A stretch of DNA of 64,000 nucleotides, taken from contig NC_058368.1 in NCBI RefSeq assembly GCF_018350175.1, positions 26,972,001 to 27,036,000 on the forward strand. Reading direction: 5' to 3'. The position numbers and the translations under genes are program-made. The notes beneath the pieces were generated by a model, which was given only the letters and a program-made list of their open reading frames with translations, was not told the origin of the DNA and did no database searches. Shown piece after piece: positions 1 to 11,803 of this stretch (position 1 is the first letter of the stretch; every line of letters begins with the position of its first letter). The stretch is from Felis catus. Its lineage: Eukaryota.

Positions 1-489
1 GCTGTATATGGCAGACCCTGCTCGCTGTAAGTGCTTTGGTGGGAACCGGGCACGTTCTTTCCCACTGATGCTGTAATGAACCGATGACAGAATACCTGCT
101 ATAGTGTCTCCTTCATCACCTTCCCTGGGAATTGACTCCATTGCCCGATTGCACTGATCATGAAAAACTTAAAGTGTGCAGTCTACACTTCTCTCTCCTT
201 GGCTCGATGAGATTGCTGCTTGCCCTATTTGGCAGTCTCGAGAGTAGCTGTGAGCACCAGTGAGGTTATTGGCTGATGAGTTAAACAGAAGCTGGATAAA
301 GTGTGGCTCCCTGCATAGTCAGGGCAGAGCTTCTAGTCCCAGGGTTAAAACAACACGGAGACAGCAACTGAAAATGTCACTGAGCAGTACACCATGAATA
401 GCCTTTGATGCCCAATGGGGCCATCCATGCCTTGGTGCTGAAGTGCTGCTGCAGACTTCCAAAGCTCCAAATTTGTGCTCAAGTTTCTT

Positions 490-667
490 TAGTCTCAAAA
501 TCTTAGCGTGAAATATTTAGTACCCTAGGAAAGCTAAATTAATGGTGAGTCAAAGTAATTAAGGCAAAGTAAATAATCTCCAAGGTTCTCATTCCCCGTG
601 AAACTAATTTCATATCTTATCCTTCATGTGTTAAAAATAGTTCTCTGCTAATTCAAGATGCCCGTGC
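490..667. other. Unassigned dispersed duplicated element, copy A (paralogous to 61190-61360)
   Basis: 529-626 aligns without gaps to 61230-61327 at 73/98 identity (hand count), including the exact 19-mer gcaaagtaaataatctcca; weaker similarity extends on both sides. Confidence 0.85.
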
Positions 668-1899
668 TCTGTGTTAGTGAAGTGCACTTCAGTTCTATTG
701 AAAGGATGCAGATTAGGGAGTTATTTTCAATTGGGCATTTTTTTTTTTTTAAAAAAGAGAGACACTCATTTTGGCACCACGAGAGTGTGAATCTCTTTGG
801 GTGAACTGAGAGTTGGATACAGCTGTAGCCGGGCGGATGATGGGCCAGCTAGCTTACGATGACTTGCAGCTGGGACAGCCTCTTCATCCTTCTAGTGAGA
901 ACTCTCAGTTCCCATCCTTCCATTTGATGATGAGATTAGTTTAACTCCTTTGCAGGATTTTGACTGGCCAGAGCTTGTCCTTGTCTGTGACTACACGCGT
1001 AGGAAGTAGATCTGGGTAGGTTTTCTACATGATGGGAACATTGGGTCTTGAACATAATTTGAGAGTTATTTGTCACCTGAAAATAATCAGGACATATAAA
1101 TAAGGGGACGCTTGTGAGCTTATGGGTTTGTAGACTCCAGTGTAACCAAGCTGATCTTTCTACATTTGAGCCATTCCGGTGATAATGCCCCATTGTCCCA
1201 GGGCCTGAGAACACATGGTACTTTGGAGTCAGTGCATGGCTATGATACTGTGGCTTCCTCAAGCTAATGAAACTGCTTCAGAATTTATTATTGTTACAGC
1301 GGCGGTCTTGATCAAATGTGAGAATTCTTTTCTCTACGATCGGAGAGTATTTTGGTTAGAACGAACAGAGGTGGTTGAAGAGATGTTGAGCAAGCAGTCC
1401 TCAGTTACCTACAGCTGAAATATGCCATCGTTATCTTCTTGCTCACCTTCAGAATTCCTCAGTTATCTTTTTGTCTTCAAAGAGATGCCTTAGCTCTTCA
1501 GCACATCATGGGCCTGTTCTTCCAGAGAAATGCAGTTTTGCTTTTAATATGTTTTGAGATGGCAACCTGGGAGTGGAATATGCAGTACTCTGCTTACATC
1601 ACAGAGTGGAGTCTGTATCTCGCCACACATCCATGCGGAAAAATGCGCATAATTAATAGAAGGAGAATCATATGTAAAGTGATTCTCTTATGTTTGATAT
1701 TTGGTTTTAGTGTCATAAGAACATTTCTGTGGACAGTGAAGTGTCCCTTTTGCTAATTTTTTATTTCTCTTTCTGAAAAAAATACCAGAATTAAGTTGAG
1801 CATAGGTGCGTGGCATGTATGGATAATATTTTTACTGTATGTGAAGCCATCATACTATGGACATCATGGCTTTTTAGTATTTTATCATAATCATTCCAT

Positions 1900-2030
1900 T
1901 TATAGAGTACCTAACAAAGTGCAAAGCATCAGCTCATTTTTTTGATCATCATGACTTCTGAATGAGCAGGGTAACCATTTATTATCCCTGTTTTGAAGGT
2001 GATGAAATTCAAATTTGGTGAAGTCAGTTT
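1900..2030 (-). mobile_element. MIR SINE fragment
   Basis: Degenerate MIR core (attatccctgttttgaaggtgatgaaatt) in reverse orientation. Confidence 0.55.
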
Positions 2031-2039
2031 GTTGGTAAT

Positions 2040-2460
2040 CCCTTCATTGATTTGTCCTTTATTTCACAAACTTTTACTGAGCGCTTCTCAATGTTTGACG
2101 GTTCTGAAGGTACAAAGATGAGATGGTCCCTGCCCTCAAGGATACTAGAAGAAATGGACAGGCACAGATAACACTGTGTGGCCGGTATTAAGTTGCAAAT
2201 AGCGTTCAACTTTCCCACAGCAGGGTGCGGTTCATTCTGGCAAGGGAGTTGAGGTACTTTTTCACAGAGATGAGAATTAAACTAGGCTCCAGAGGGGTTC
2301 TCCAGGTAGGGAAGGTCTCATCCAAAGCTGAGCCACAGAAAGATGGAAGAGCACAGCGTGCCCCAGGAGAGCTGTGTGAAGTGGCTGGAACATTGAGAAC
2401 AAACAAGCAGGTGAGATGAGGCTTGGAAAGGTCCCATAGCTTGTAAATGACAGAGCCAGG
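2040..2460 (-). mobile_element. L2 LINE 3' fragment
   Basis: ttcattgatt...caaacttttactgagcgcttc...atggtccctgccctcaagga...ggaaggtctcatccaaagctgag pattern of a reverse L2 3' end. Confidence 0.7.
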
Positions 2461-4169
2461 AAGGGGCGGGGTTTTCTGCTTCCTAGTGTGATGCTTGTCC
2501 TGTACATTAGGTTCTCTGTTGCTTATTTAGGTTTTCTTTCTTTTTTTTTTTCTTTCTGAATACATCACTGGCACCCTCTACACAAGTCATGTTCAAGACT
2601 ACGACAACTAGGGATTTCATTTGACAAGGTTATCTCATATGGCTAGAGGTGTAGCTTGTGTTTTAGTCAGTGTATGAATGTGTGTGCTCCTATGGATTAA
2701 GGTGAAGTGACTGGGGGCTGAGGCCCAGTGGTCTCAGTTAAATGTTCTGACAGGAGAAGAGCAAGTGCCTTTTTATCAGCCACAAACAGGTGTGTTTCTG
2801 CTGCCTGACCCCAGCCCTAGACTGGAGGTCCCCCAGGTTATGTAGATATGGCACTTGGCAATCTAAAGGCTTTAGTCATTATTTGGAAGGGGTTGGTTTT
2901 TTGAAGCTGTTGCTCTGGTTGGAAATGATTTTTTGTTCACAGCGCTGAGTAAATGCTAGAAATAATTGAAAGTGACTTGAAGAAGGAGAGTAAAGTGGAG
3001 GTAAGGCATATTAGCTGCCGGCTGATGTTACTGCTTGAAAGCAGGCAGTTTTGTTAGATTTTGTACACTGTATGTGGTGTAAAGAACAAACCTTTCCATT
3101 TTTTTTTTCTGAGAGCCATGATGTTATCTCAGTAATTGAAAATAATCTTCTAAAGTTGCTCTTTAACTAGATTTACACAATCCCCTTTCAAATCGGCTGT
3201 TATCTGCCCTTACATTTCACAGTAAATGTTGCTGTCTGCACAGCCCCTGCTAACAAGAAGATCAAGTGTAACTCTTTTCATGATTTGAAGTAAAGTGTTT
3301 CTATTGTAATTATCCTGGCTCCTGGTTGTGGTGTTAGAAGGGGGCTCCTCTCTTAGCTGGGTTTACGAGGAATACAAGGCGTTGTGTTCCAGCCGCGTTT
3401 CCTTTCACGAACATCTTAAGCAATTGTCTAACTTTCTCAATCATTTAGATTTTTTATGTTTAAAAATGTTTTCATGGATAGTTCATGGTGTGGTCTGGGA
3501 TTAAGGAGAGGTGGGTTTTGGGAATTTTTACATCTGCTCTCCAGGGTAAACTTGAGAGCCACTATATCTCCTGTTTATATCTTCACTGACCTCATTTTGG
3601 CAAAATTAGAATAAACGTTATGCCTAATAAGCTGCAATAGGCAGGTTTTAAATGGGTGTTTTATGACGGTGGTGACAGAGGTAAACAGTAAAATGTGTTA
3701 CTAGAGAATGTTGTGAAAAGCTGGAATCTTGTTTGAAATTCTTCAGCAACAGGATAAGTTCTCATATGTTTGGAGCACAGATTCTCTGAGTCTCATATAC
3801 TGTGATAATACATTTAACTGTCTACTCCTAGATTGTGTTCACATTTTATTTTTAAATTGTGATGTCATCCCCCTGGCATTATTGACTTAGAAAAGCATTT
3901 TGCTTATTGGAGGCTAGCACTTTTCAATAAAGTTTCCTTTAAATCATATTGCTAATTGCTTTCTCATGGAAGAGACCAACCAACAACCACGGAAGAATAA
4001 AAGGACATGAAGTCCTATTTAAATTAGAGTATCGAATCAACTAGTAGCATTTTGTTAACTGGTATTTCGGAAAGGAAGTCCTGAGGGTTGAATGAAGGAT
4101 GGGGTGAGGGAGGGAAGACTCCAACTGAGGTTAAATATGCTCTTCTTCTTCATGATGTTAGTTGGGGTG

Positions 4170-4295
4170 GTTAGATTAAGGCCCAAATCTCAATAATTGT
4201 ATGAGTCCTTTGAACACTTTAAACCTAACTTCACTTGGGTGCAAAATAAGAGGGTTGGATAAAATGACCTTCTAAGAGTCTCAACTGCTCTTATC
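4170..4295 (+). mobile_element. MIR3-like fragment
   Basis: gcaaaataagagggttggataaaatgaccttctaag resembles the MIR3 core/tail. Confidence 0.5.
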
Positions 4296-6151
4296 TGAAA
4301 TGATGAACTCTGTTAAATTTAAAGACTATTCAGTGCACCTATATATTAATAATAAAGAGTGGATTTATGAGCCATAGCTAAAAAACTACATGGTCTGCCT
4401 TTTATCTCTTGTATTGATCAACTCCTTTAATAGAGATAATTGAGAATGGACTGAATCACTTTGACAGCTTCTTAATTACATTAACAAAAATAAAAATATT
4501 TTTTGCATTGCCAAGTATTTTACATTGCATAAATATTTCATGTAATATTCCACAGGCTTCATAGTATGTGACACCTTTTTCCAAAAATATCTTCTGACCC
4601 AGGTATAATAGGTATTGTATTGTAAATAGTAAGAGAGTAAATACCTTGTCTAATTCCCACAGTTGGCTACCCGCGGCGTCTTTTTTCGGACTGTAGGATG
4701 CCAAGTTAGTGCTTGCCCCAGATGATGAACTTCCATCTGGTGAAAATGGACACCATGGGCTTACTCATGTCCGAGGCCAGAGATCCAAGTTGTGCTACTT
4801 TTCGTTCTACATCACGTTTTGTCTCGTTGAGTACTTACTAGAACTACTGCTGCTTAAAAGACACAGGAGTAATCATAGGGAATTAAATTCAAATTTCATC
4901 CCATGGTTAATGAAACGGGTGAGGAAGTTAATAAGGAAGAAAACTCAGATCTGATCATTAAAAGAAAGCCAATGTATCCACCCCCAATCATCTCAGGAAA
5001 CTGAGACTTGGATGACCTGAAGAACAAATAATCGCTACCACCTGCCCACCTCCTTGTCCTTCTCAACAGTAGGCTGTTGACAGCACAGGGAATAAAGGGA
5101 AAATTGGAGGGGGGAGGTTTGTGTGGAAGAAGTCAGGTGGCTACATCTGTAGCTTACATGGGTCCTAGAGCTCAGAACAGAGAGTAAGTGGTCGGGAAGT
5201 TTAAATTGTCCCGGAGCCATTTTAATTTATGAGTTTCTCACGTAACTTACAAGTTTCTCATCTAATGGGCATATTGCCAGAAGAATTCTGTAAACTTTTG
5301 CCCACACTGAGCTATCCTTCCAGATAGATCTCAGCAGTCATATCCATCCCAGGTAAACCCGGGCACATTAACTATTATTCTCAATTATTCTCAATATTGT
5401 TGCACTAATAAGTCCAGCTTTATTTGACATTAGCCGTACAAAAAGTAAAGGAGGAGGATGTGCATGAAATAGATTTGCAGAAGGCAGCATGACCTAGAGA
5501 AGGTCAGAAACACATGCTTTTATTTTATTGTTTTTGTTTCCCTTCCTGTTCTCTGGCCACTTGGAACACTGTGTCCAATTCTTTTGTAGAGGTTTGTAGT
5601 ATTTTACTAATTGAGCCTGGAAAGTGACACAGACTTGGCCTCAAGCGGTGAGAACATTGGGAATGCTTAAAAATGTTATATCGCATAGCAAGAATCCTGG
5701 GTGACTGAGCAGACACAAATGAGGAGCGAGAAGAGGTGCCCAGGTCCCTATAGTTGAAAAGCAAGCAGAGGCGGGTCCTAATGGAATGACTGACATTCAC
5801 CTGCAGGCAATCCAGTCTACTGCAGGGAACCGAGGAGACATCCAAGATGGTGGGCAGGGAGTTGAGATTTGTAACATGCTAACGCAGGGGTTTCTGTTAA
5901 AGTATGCAAACAGTTGTATATCGATTGTTTTCTTCACTGTGTGAAATGTGCCCTGAGAGTTGCTGCATTTATCTGAAGTAATTTCAAGGTGTTTGGAAAG
6001 GTGACAAGCACATATGGTGGTAAAGAAAGATGTAGGTTTTCCTATGTTTTAGGTACTTTCCATTAGGTTTCCTGTGAAAAGGTGGTTTCCTTCAGACTGA
6101 AAAGATTAAAAATTTTTTTTTTACTATTCTTAGTTCTGAGGAACTTGGCAT

Positions 6152-6176
6152 TTCATTCATTCATTCATTCATTCAT

Positions 6177-6215
<39 letters not shown>

Positions 6216-6218
6216 TTT
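6152..6218. repeat. (TTCA)n(TTTA)n compound tetranucleotide microsatellite
   Basis: Direct reading. Confidence 0.95.
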
Positions 6219-7404
6219 TCAACCTCAATTTCTCTATCTCAGAGGAAGATTGGGTCCCCCTGGGCATTTCTGCTCTGGACGTGTTCTTTCCTAGAAAGAA
6301 ACTGAGGGCAAGGAAGCAGGAAGACCCTCAGGCCTCTTTCTGTGACTTGGGCAACTCACTTAGACTCTTGGCAATCACAGCTTGACTCTCAAAGTAGTAG
6401 GAATTATGCTCGCCTTTTTCTGTGTCTCAGGAATTTGGGGAAAATAAACGAGATAATAGGACAAATATTTGAACTCTTTGTAGGGAAAAATGTTGTATAA
6501 TCATAATTGACATAATTCATACTGCCAGACCAGTAGTACTTGCTCCTTTGTTTTTTCTTTGTTAGCCCTCTGGAAAATTTGTGATCCTGAAAAGAAGAAC
6601 CCTCTGGCTCCCTGAACATTTTTTCTACAAATCTGGTGCATTTGAACTCTGTTTTGGGCGAAGGGTCTTTTTACTTTAAATTTATGTATAGTGCCTGTTT
6701 TTTGGGTTCCCTTGGAAATTTCCATTTTTGATCTAGCTTATGAAATACAAGCAAGAGAGCAGGTTAGAGGGAAGGAATGATGGCAGAGGCAGACAGTATG
6801 GATAGAGCCAGTGGAGTTACCAGGCTCTAAAGGAAACAAAGCGTCACAGTACTCGGATGTGCAGTGTGGGGCAAACATGCTGATGTCCTCCCCGGTTAGA
6901 GGGAGGGCTGGGGGAGCATGCACAGATAGCAGGCTATGGTGTGCAGTGAGCTTCCAGTCCTCTGTACACCCCAGGAGAGTTCAAAGGGACTATGTGGTAC
7001 TGACATTCATAATGGTCACTGGGGGCCATTGAAAGCAAATTACAATCATTTGCCTGTTTTAGTGTTGTAGAGCAGTGCACAATGGCTCATTTTAGGATTT
7101 GGTTTTTACAGGTTTTAAGTAAAATTTTAGCCTAAGGTGATAGTTTTCAGCTTTCTAGAAAGTACACTGAAACGACCCAGAATACTCTTTGATGATGATC
7201 TATGAAGTGTTTATTTTCATTATGTAGATGGCAAAAATAAACGAACAAACAAATAATTGAGCGGTGTTTTCACAGCACATCATTGTATGGAAGAGAGTCT
7301 TACGCTGTTGATGAGCAGATGCTTGTGCATCCAATGAGGTATTCCCAAAGCTGCTCAGGAATCTCCATCATTGTACATTTTATGAATGATTAAGCAATTC
7401 TATT

Positions 7405-7540
7405 CCTCTCCTGATAGAATGTAAGTTTTGTGAAGGTAGAGACTGTGTCACTCTTGCTCATAATTGTAGCTCCAGCGTCTAATATGGCACTCAACACATA
7501 GAAGATGGTCAATGACTATCTGTTGAGTGGATGGATGGAC
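7405..7540 (+). mobile_element. L2 LINE 3' end
   Basis: tagaatgtaagttttgtgaaggtagagactgtgtc...gtcaatgactatctgttgagtggatggatg. Confidence 0.75.
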
Positions 7541-8005
7541 ATGCCTAAAAATAATGTGGCTTGATTATCCTGTACCCTGGCTACATTCAGACACCATCAA
7601 AGTAGTTACCTTAAAGTGTTGCTGATATCTACACTGAAGAGACAATCCTCTTTATCATTCCAGGGTGATATAAAATGTCATATCATGTGGAAACCATTAA
7701 CCCTTACTTTCAGTGCTTATCAGATGATTCTCATGTGCAGTTTGGAATGTCCACCTCTGATTTAGAATTTTACAATTACTGGGAAGGGTAGTGGCTTCTC
7801 CATTATCTCCATCTCCATCACTTTTGTTAAAAATTTATTATCCTAGGCGCCCCTCTATCATTTTTTTTAAGTGAGACATTTTCCATATCAGGCATTGTAG
7901 AGACTATTTCAGCATAACAGGAGGGATTTAGAAGTTAAATGGGGGATAGATTTAACTTACCTCCAAGATTCTGTGATTCTTGGGATATATGTTTAATTAT
8001 ATAGA

Positions 8006-8235
8006 TTTTAATGTATTTTTTAATGTTTATTTATTTATTTTTGAGTGGGGCAGAGTGAGCATGCATGGGAGCAGGAGGAGGGGCAAAGAGAGAGGGAGAG
8101 AGAGAATCCTAAGAAGGCTCTTCACTGTCAGTGAGGAAACCGACTGGGGGCTCAAACCCATACGAACTGTGAGATCATGACCTGAGACGAAATCAAGGGT
8201 CGGACTCTCAACCAACTGACCCACCCAGGCACCCC
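8006..8235 (-). mobile_element. CAN-SINE (SINEC)
   Basis: Ends ccacccaggcacccc; AG-rich body and T-rich tail; TSD taattatata (7994-8003, 8236-8245). Confidence 0.95.
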
Positions 8236-8586
8236 TAATTATATATCTTTAGGCATATTATAGGGACTAATCAATTTCCAGCCCAGGTTTTCATCTACCT
8301 AACTTTCTGACACATGTGTTAACTTGATCCCATTGTATAGCCTTTTCTAGAACAGAGCTACCTTTCTCTGTTTCCTCGTCCTTGAGCAACTAAGGCCTCC
8401 TGTTCCTTGCTTTAGGTTTGTTCTCTAGTTAGCACCTTGATAACATATGAATTGCTAATCTTTGCTAATTGCTTGCTTTCCATGCCCCAAAAATCTGACT
8501 GAACTTTAAACAATCAACATCGTTATTTGGGACTATGCTTATTACTTTTGTTACTGTTTGGGTTTGTTATTTGTCACTCTTGCTCC

Positions 8587-8760
8587 TAACATTTATTGCA
8601 TACTAATCATCCTCTAAGAGTATTATAAATATCACTTCTCTTAATCATCTAATTTAAGCCCTATTACATAGGTACTATTTTATCCCTGTTTTACAGGCCA
8701 GAAACCCAGAGCTTACAAGTTCCTTCAGTAACTTGCCCAAAGCCACTCACGTAGTTAGCT
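8587..8760 (-). mobile_element. MIR SINE
   Basis: aacatttattgca...ggtactattttatccctgttttacagg...taacttgcccaaagccac. Confidence 0.75.
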
Positions 8761-9752
8761 TTAAATTAAGCTTTTTGAGATAATTATAGGTTCACTTGCA
8801 GTTATAAGAAATAATAGAGTTCTCTTGTATTTTTTACATAGTTTATCCACATGGGAGCGTCTTGCAAAACTGTAGTGCAATATCACAACTGGGGTACTGA
8901 CTGATACAGTTAATATAGAGAGTATTTCCACCACAGGGACGATCCTCCATTTTGCCCTATTCTGTTTTAAGCCCACACCCATCTCCTATCTTGCCCATCC
9001 TCATAGTGACCCCAGCGACCATCAACCTGCTTTCCAGATTCTATAATTTTGTCATTTCATGAGTGTTATATAAGTACCGTATGTGAGGGGTACCTGGGTG
9101 GCTCAGTAGGTTGAGTGTCTGACTTCGGCTCAGGTCATAATCTTGCAGTTCGTGAGTTTGAGCCCCACATCAGATTCACTGCTGTCAGCCTGTCAGTGCA
9201 GAGACTGTCCCCCTCTCTCTGCCCCTCCCACACTTATGCTCTCCCAAAAAATAAATTAAAAAAAAAATACAATATGTGGACTTCTGGGATTGGCTTTTTT
9301 TTCCATTCAGCATAATTCCCTGGAGATTCATCTAAGGTGGGTGTACCGACAGTTTGTTCCATTCTATTGTTAAGGAGTAGTCCAGCTTTTTAATAATTTT
9401 CCCGTCAGAGAACTTGTGGGTTGTTTCCAGTTTTTGACTACTATGTATAAAGTTGCTTTGGATGTTCATGTATAGGTTTTTTTTTGTGTTTGAACGCGTC
9501 CCAGGCTTTTATTTTTCTGGGATAAATCCTCAAGAGTACAATTGGTGGGTAGTTTTATGTTTAGCTTTATAAGAAACTACCAAACTGTTTTCCACACTGG
9601 TAGTACCATTTTGCATTCCCACCAGTAGTGTATGAGTGGTCTGGTGTCTCCACATCCTTGCCAGTATTTGGGTGCTGTCACTATTTTTTATTTAGCTACC
9701 TGATAGGTATCTAATGATATCTAGTTGCGGTTCTAATTTGCATTTTCCAGAT
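8761..9752 (-). mobile_element. L1MC-like LINE-1 3' region, interrupted by a SINE
   Basis: tttttgagataattataggttcacttgcagttataagaaataat...cttgcaaaactgtagtgcaatatcacaac; ccaaactgttttccacactggtagtaccattttgcattcccaccag. Confidence 0.85.
9087..9267 (+). mobile_element. CAN-SINE (SINEC) inside L1
   Basis: ggggtacctgggtggctcagtaggttgagtgtctgacttcggctcaggtcat head, CT tract, A tail. Confidence 0.95.
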
Positions 9753-9769
9753 TCTTTGCTGAGATGTCA

Positions 9770-10140
9770 TGCCTCTGTTCACAAGGCGGCATGGCTCAGG
9801 GCTGGATGGTTAGATGTCCGGTGGTTGGCGGTCAGTTGGAGTAATGAGGATGGCAGGCCACATGGCCTCTTGTCTCCCACCAGCCAGCAGGCCAGCTTGG
9901 TGACTGGGCAGAGTTCTGAGAGAGTAGGTCTTTTGAGACCTTGGACCTCGCACACCTTTACTTCCCCTGTGTTCTGTTACTCAAAACAAAGTCGTAAGGC
10001 CAACCTAGATTCAGGGAGTGGGGGAATAGATTCTGTCTACCTCTTGATGGGAGAAGCTACACAGTCAAATATCAAAGGGCATGGATACAGAGAGAAAAAG
10101 GGACTTGGGGGGGGGGGCATTTCTCAATTAATATACCATA
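9770..10140 (-). mobile_element. MLT1 (ERVL-MaLR) LTR, MLT1H/J-like
   Basis: aagtcgtaaggccaacctagattcagggagtgggggaatagattc...acctcttgatgggagaagctac...aaagggcatggatacag. Confidence 0.8.
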
Positions 10141-10589
10141 TTGGGCATCTGGTATAATTATCTTTAACCCATTTTTTTTTCCATTCATAACACACATTAA
10201 CCTTGGAAACAGTGTGCCTTAGTGAAAATATATTTGAGTGGAAGTTGGAAAATGGTGTGTGTAAGAAATTGGATTAAAGATGTCTAGAGCCCGGATATTT
10301 TCCAGCTTATTTACTAACATTTACCTTTAACATATCCAGGATTTGCTTCCACCAAAATCACAATGGGACAGTTATAGCTAGAGATTATATTTTCATCTTT
10401 TTTTTTCTAGTGTGTTCCATAGGCTAGTTTCTGCCCAGTCAGTTTCAGTTCAACTGCTCTGGACAGCCCCTAAATTCATTGAGCATATCCTTACTAAGTG
10501 TCAGGCACTCAAGCTAAAAAGGAGTAATGACACCTACTGAGGACTTCCAGTCCAGTAAGAGACATGGATGTACATAAAAATGGCAAGTG

Positions 10590-10848
10590 GGGGTGCCTGG
10601 GTGGCTCAGTCAGTTAAGCATCCCACTTTGGCTCAGGTCATGATCTCAAGGTTCCTGAGTTCGAGCCCCACATCGAACTGTCAGTTGCTACTGACAGTTG
10701 CTACTGTCAGCACAGAGCCCACTTGGGGTCCTCAACCTCAACCTCAACCTCCCTCAACCTCCTCAACCTCCCTCTCTCTGCCCTGCCCCTGCTGATTCCC
10801 CCCTACCCTGCTCTCAAAAACAAACAAACAAACAAACAAACAAACAAA
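10590..10848 (+). mobile_element. CAN-SINE with internal micro-duplications and (AAAC)n tail
   Basis: ggggtgcctgggtggctcagtcagttaagc head; TSD atg(g/a)caagtgg. Confidence 0.95.
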
Positions 10849-11029
10849 CCATGACAAGTGGTATGTTTTATCGCCTACATCATACACATGTTTTTTTTCT
10901 GGATCTCTGGCACTTATCAAGTGTTTCCTTTTTCTCACCGGTAATGACATGACCTCAACTCTTTTCACTTTCTCAGCCCCCAAGTGTGCAACCACATGCA
11001 CCTATAGGCTGCTTATAACCTTTTCTGTG

Positions 11030-11266
11030 AAACAAAACATAAGAGACTCTTCAATATAGAGAACAGAGGGTTACTGGAGGGGTTGTGGGGGGGGGGCGAT
11101 GGGCTAAATGGGTAAGGGGCATTAAGGAATCTACTCCTGAAATCATTGTTGCATTGTTGCATTGTTGCATTGATGCTAACTAATTTGGATGTTAGCATCC
11201 AATTTAGCATTTTAAATTATAAAATTAAAAAAATAAAAATAAAATGATATTCTATAGGAAAAAAAA
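11030..11266 (+). mobile_element. 5'-truncated felid/carnivore L1 3' end
   Basis: aaacataagagactctt...gatgggctaaatgggtaaggggcattaaggaatctactcctgaaatcattgttgca; A-rich tail; TSD aac(c/t)ttttctgtg. Confidence 0.85.
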
Positions 11267-11761
11267 GAACTTTTTCTGTGGACAGGTGTTTCATGTGATC
11301 TGGGCGAGTGACAGTATTCTAGCTGTGGTTTTCTAATTAGTGGGAGATTTCTCCATTTGCTAGTTAATTCTGCTTGGGCTGGCTGGAGGTAATACACACC
11401 ATAATTATTTTATAGCTTTGGTTGAAGGTCTGATGTTCTTTGTAACATGTTACTTCTTTTGCTAAGATTGCACCAAAAAGTAATCAACATGTCTTTCTGC
11501 CCTATTACCTACCTGACAACTTAGAAGACAATAGTGGATAACTTTATGATTTCATTTTTGTTGAAAATTTTGTAACAGGAGAAAATTCTGGGAGAATATA
11601 TATCAAATGTCAGGAGTGGTAATCTCTGGCTGGTAAGCTTAATGATTATTTGTTTTCTTATTTAGGCTTAATTGTGTTTTCTTATGCTGTAAAAATGTCT
11701 TATGTTGTAATTTTTTTTTTTTTTTAGTTTATATGAAAGAAATTTAGGGCCCACAGGCAAT

Positions 11762-11764
<3 letters not shown>

Positions 11765-11802
<38 letters not shown>
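11765..11802. repeat. (GA)n microsatellite
   Basis: Direct reading. Confidence 0.95.

Positions 11803-11803
<1 letters not shown>

Noticed and set aside
1..32. Possible exon end with donor GCT/GTAAGT at 27
   Set aside because: Only 26 nt visible and no recognisable peptide in any frame; cannot be supported.
542..580. Peptide IIYFALITLT resembles a potassium-channel pore helix
   Set aside because: No TxGYG/GFG selectivity filter follows in either copy; a stop follows in copy A.
4718..4955. C-box ATGATGA at 4722 with CTGA at ~4951 as a C/D snoRNA
   Set aside because: Spacing too long, no terminal stem, no recognisable guide sequence.
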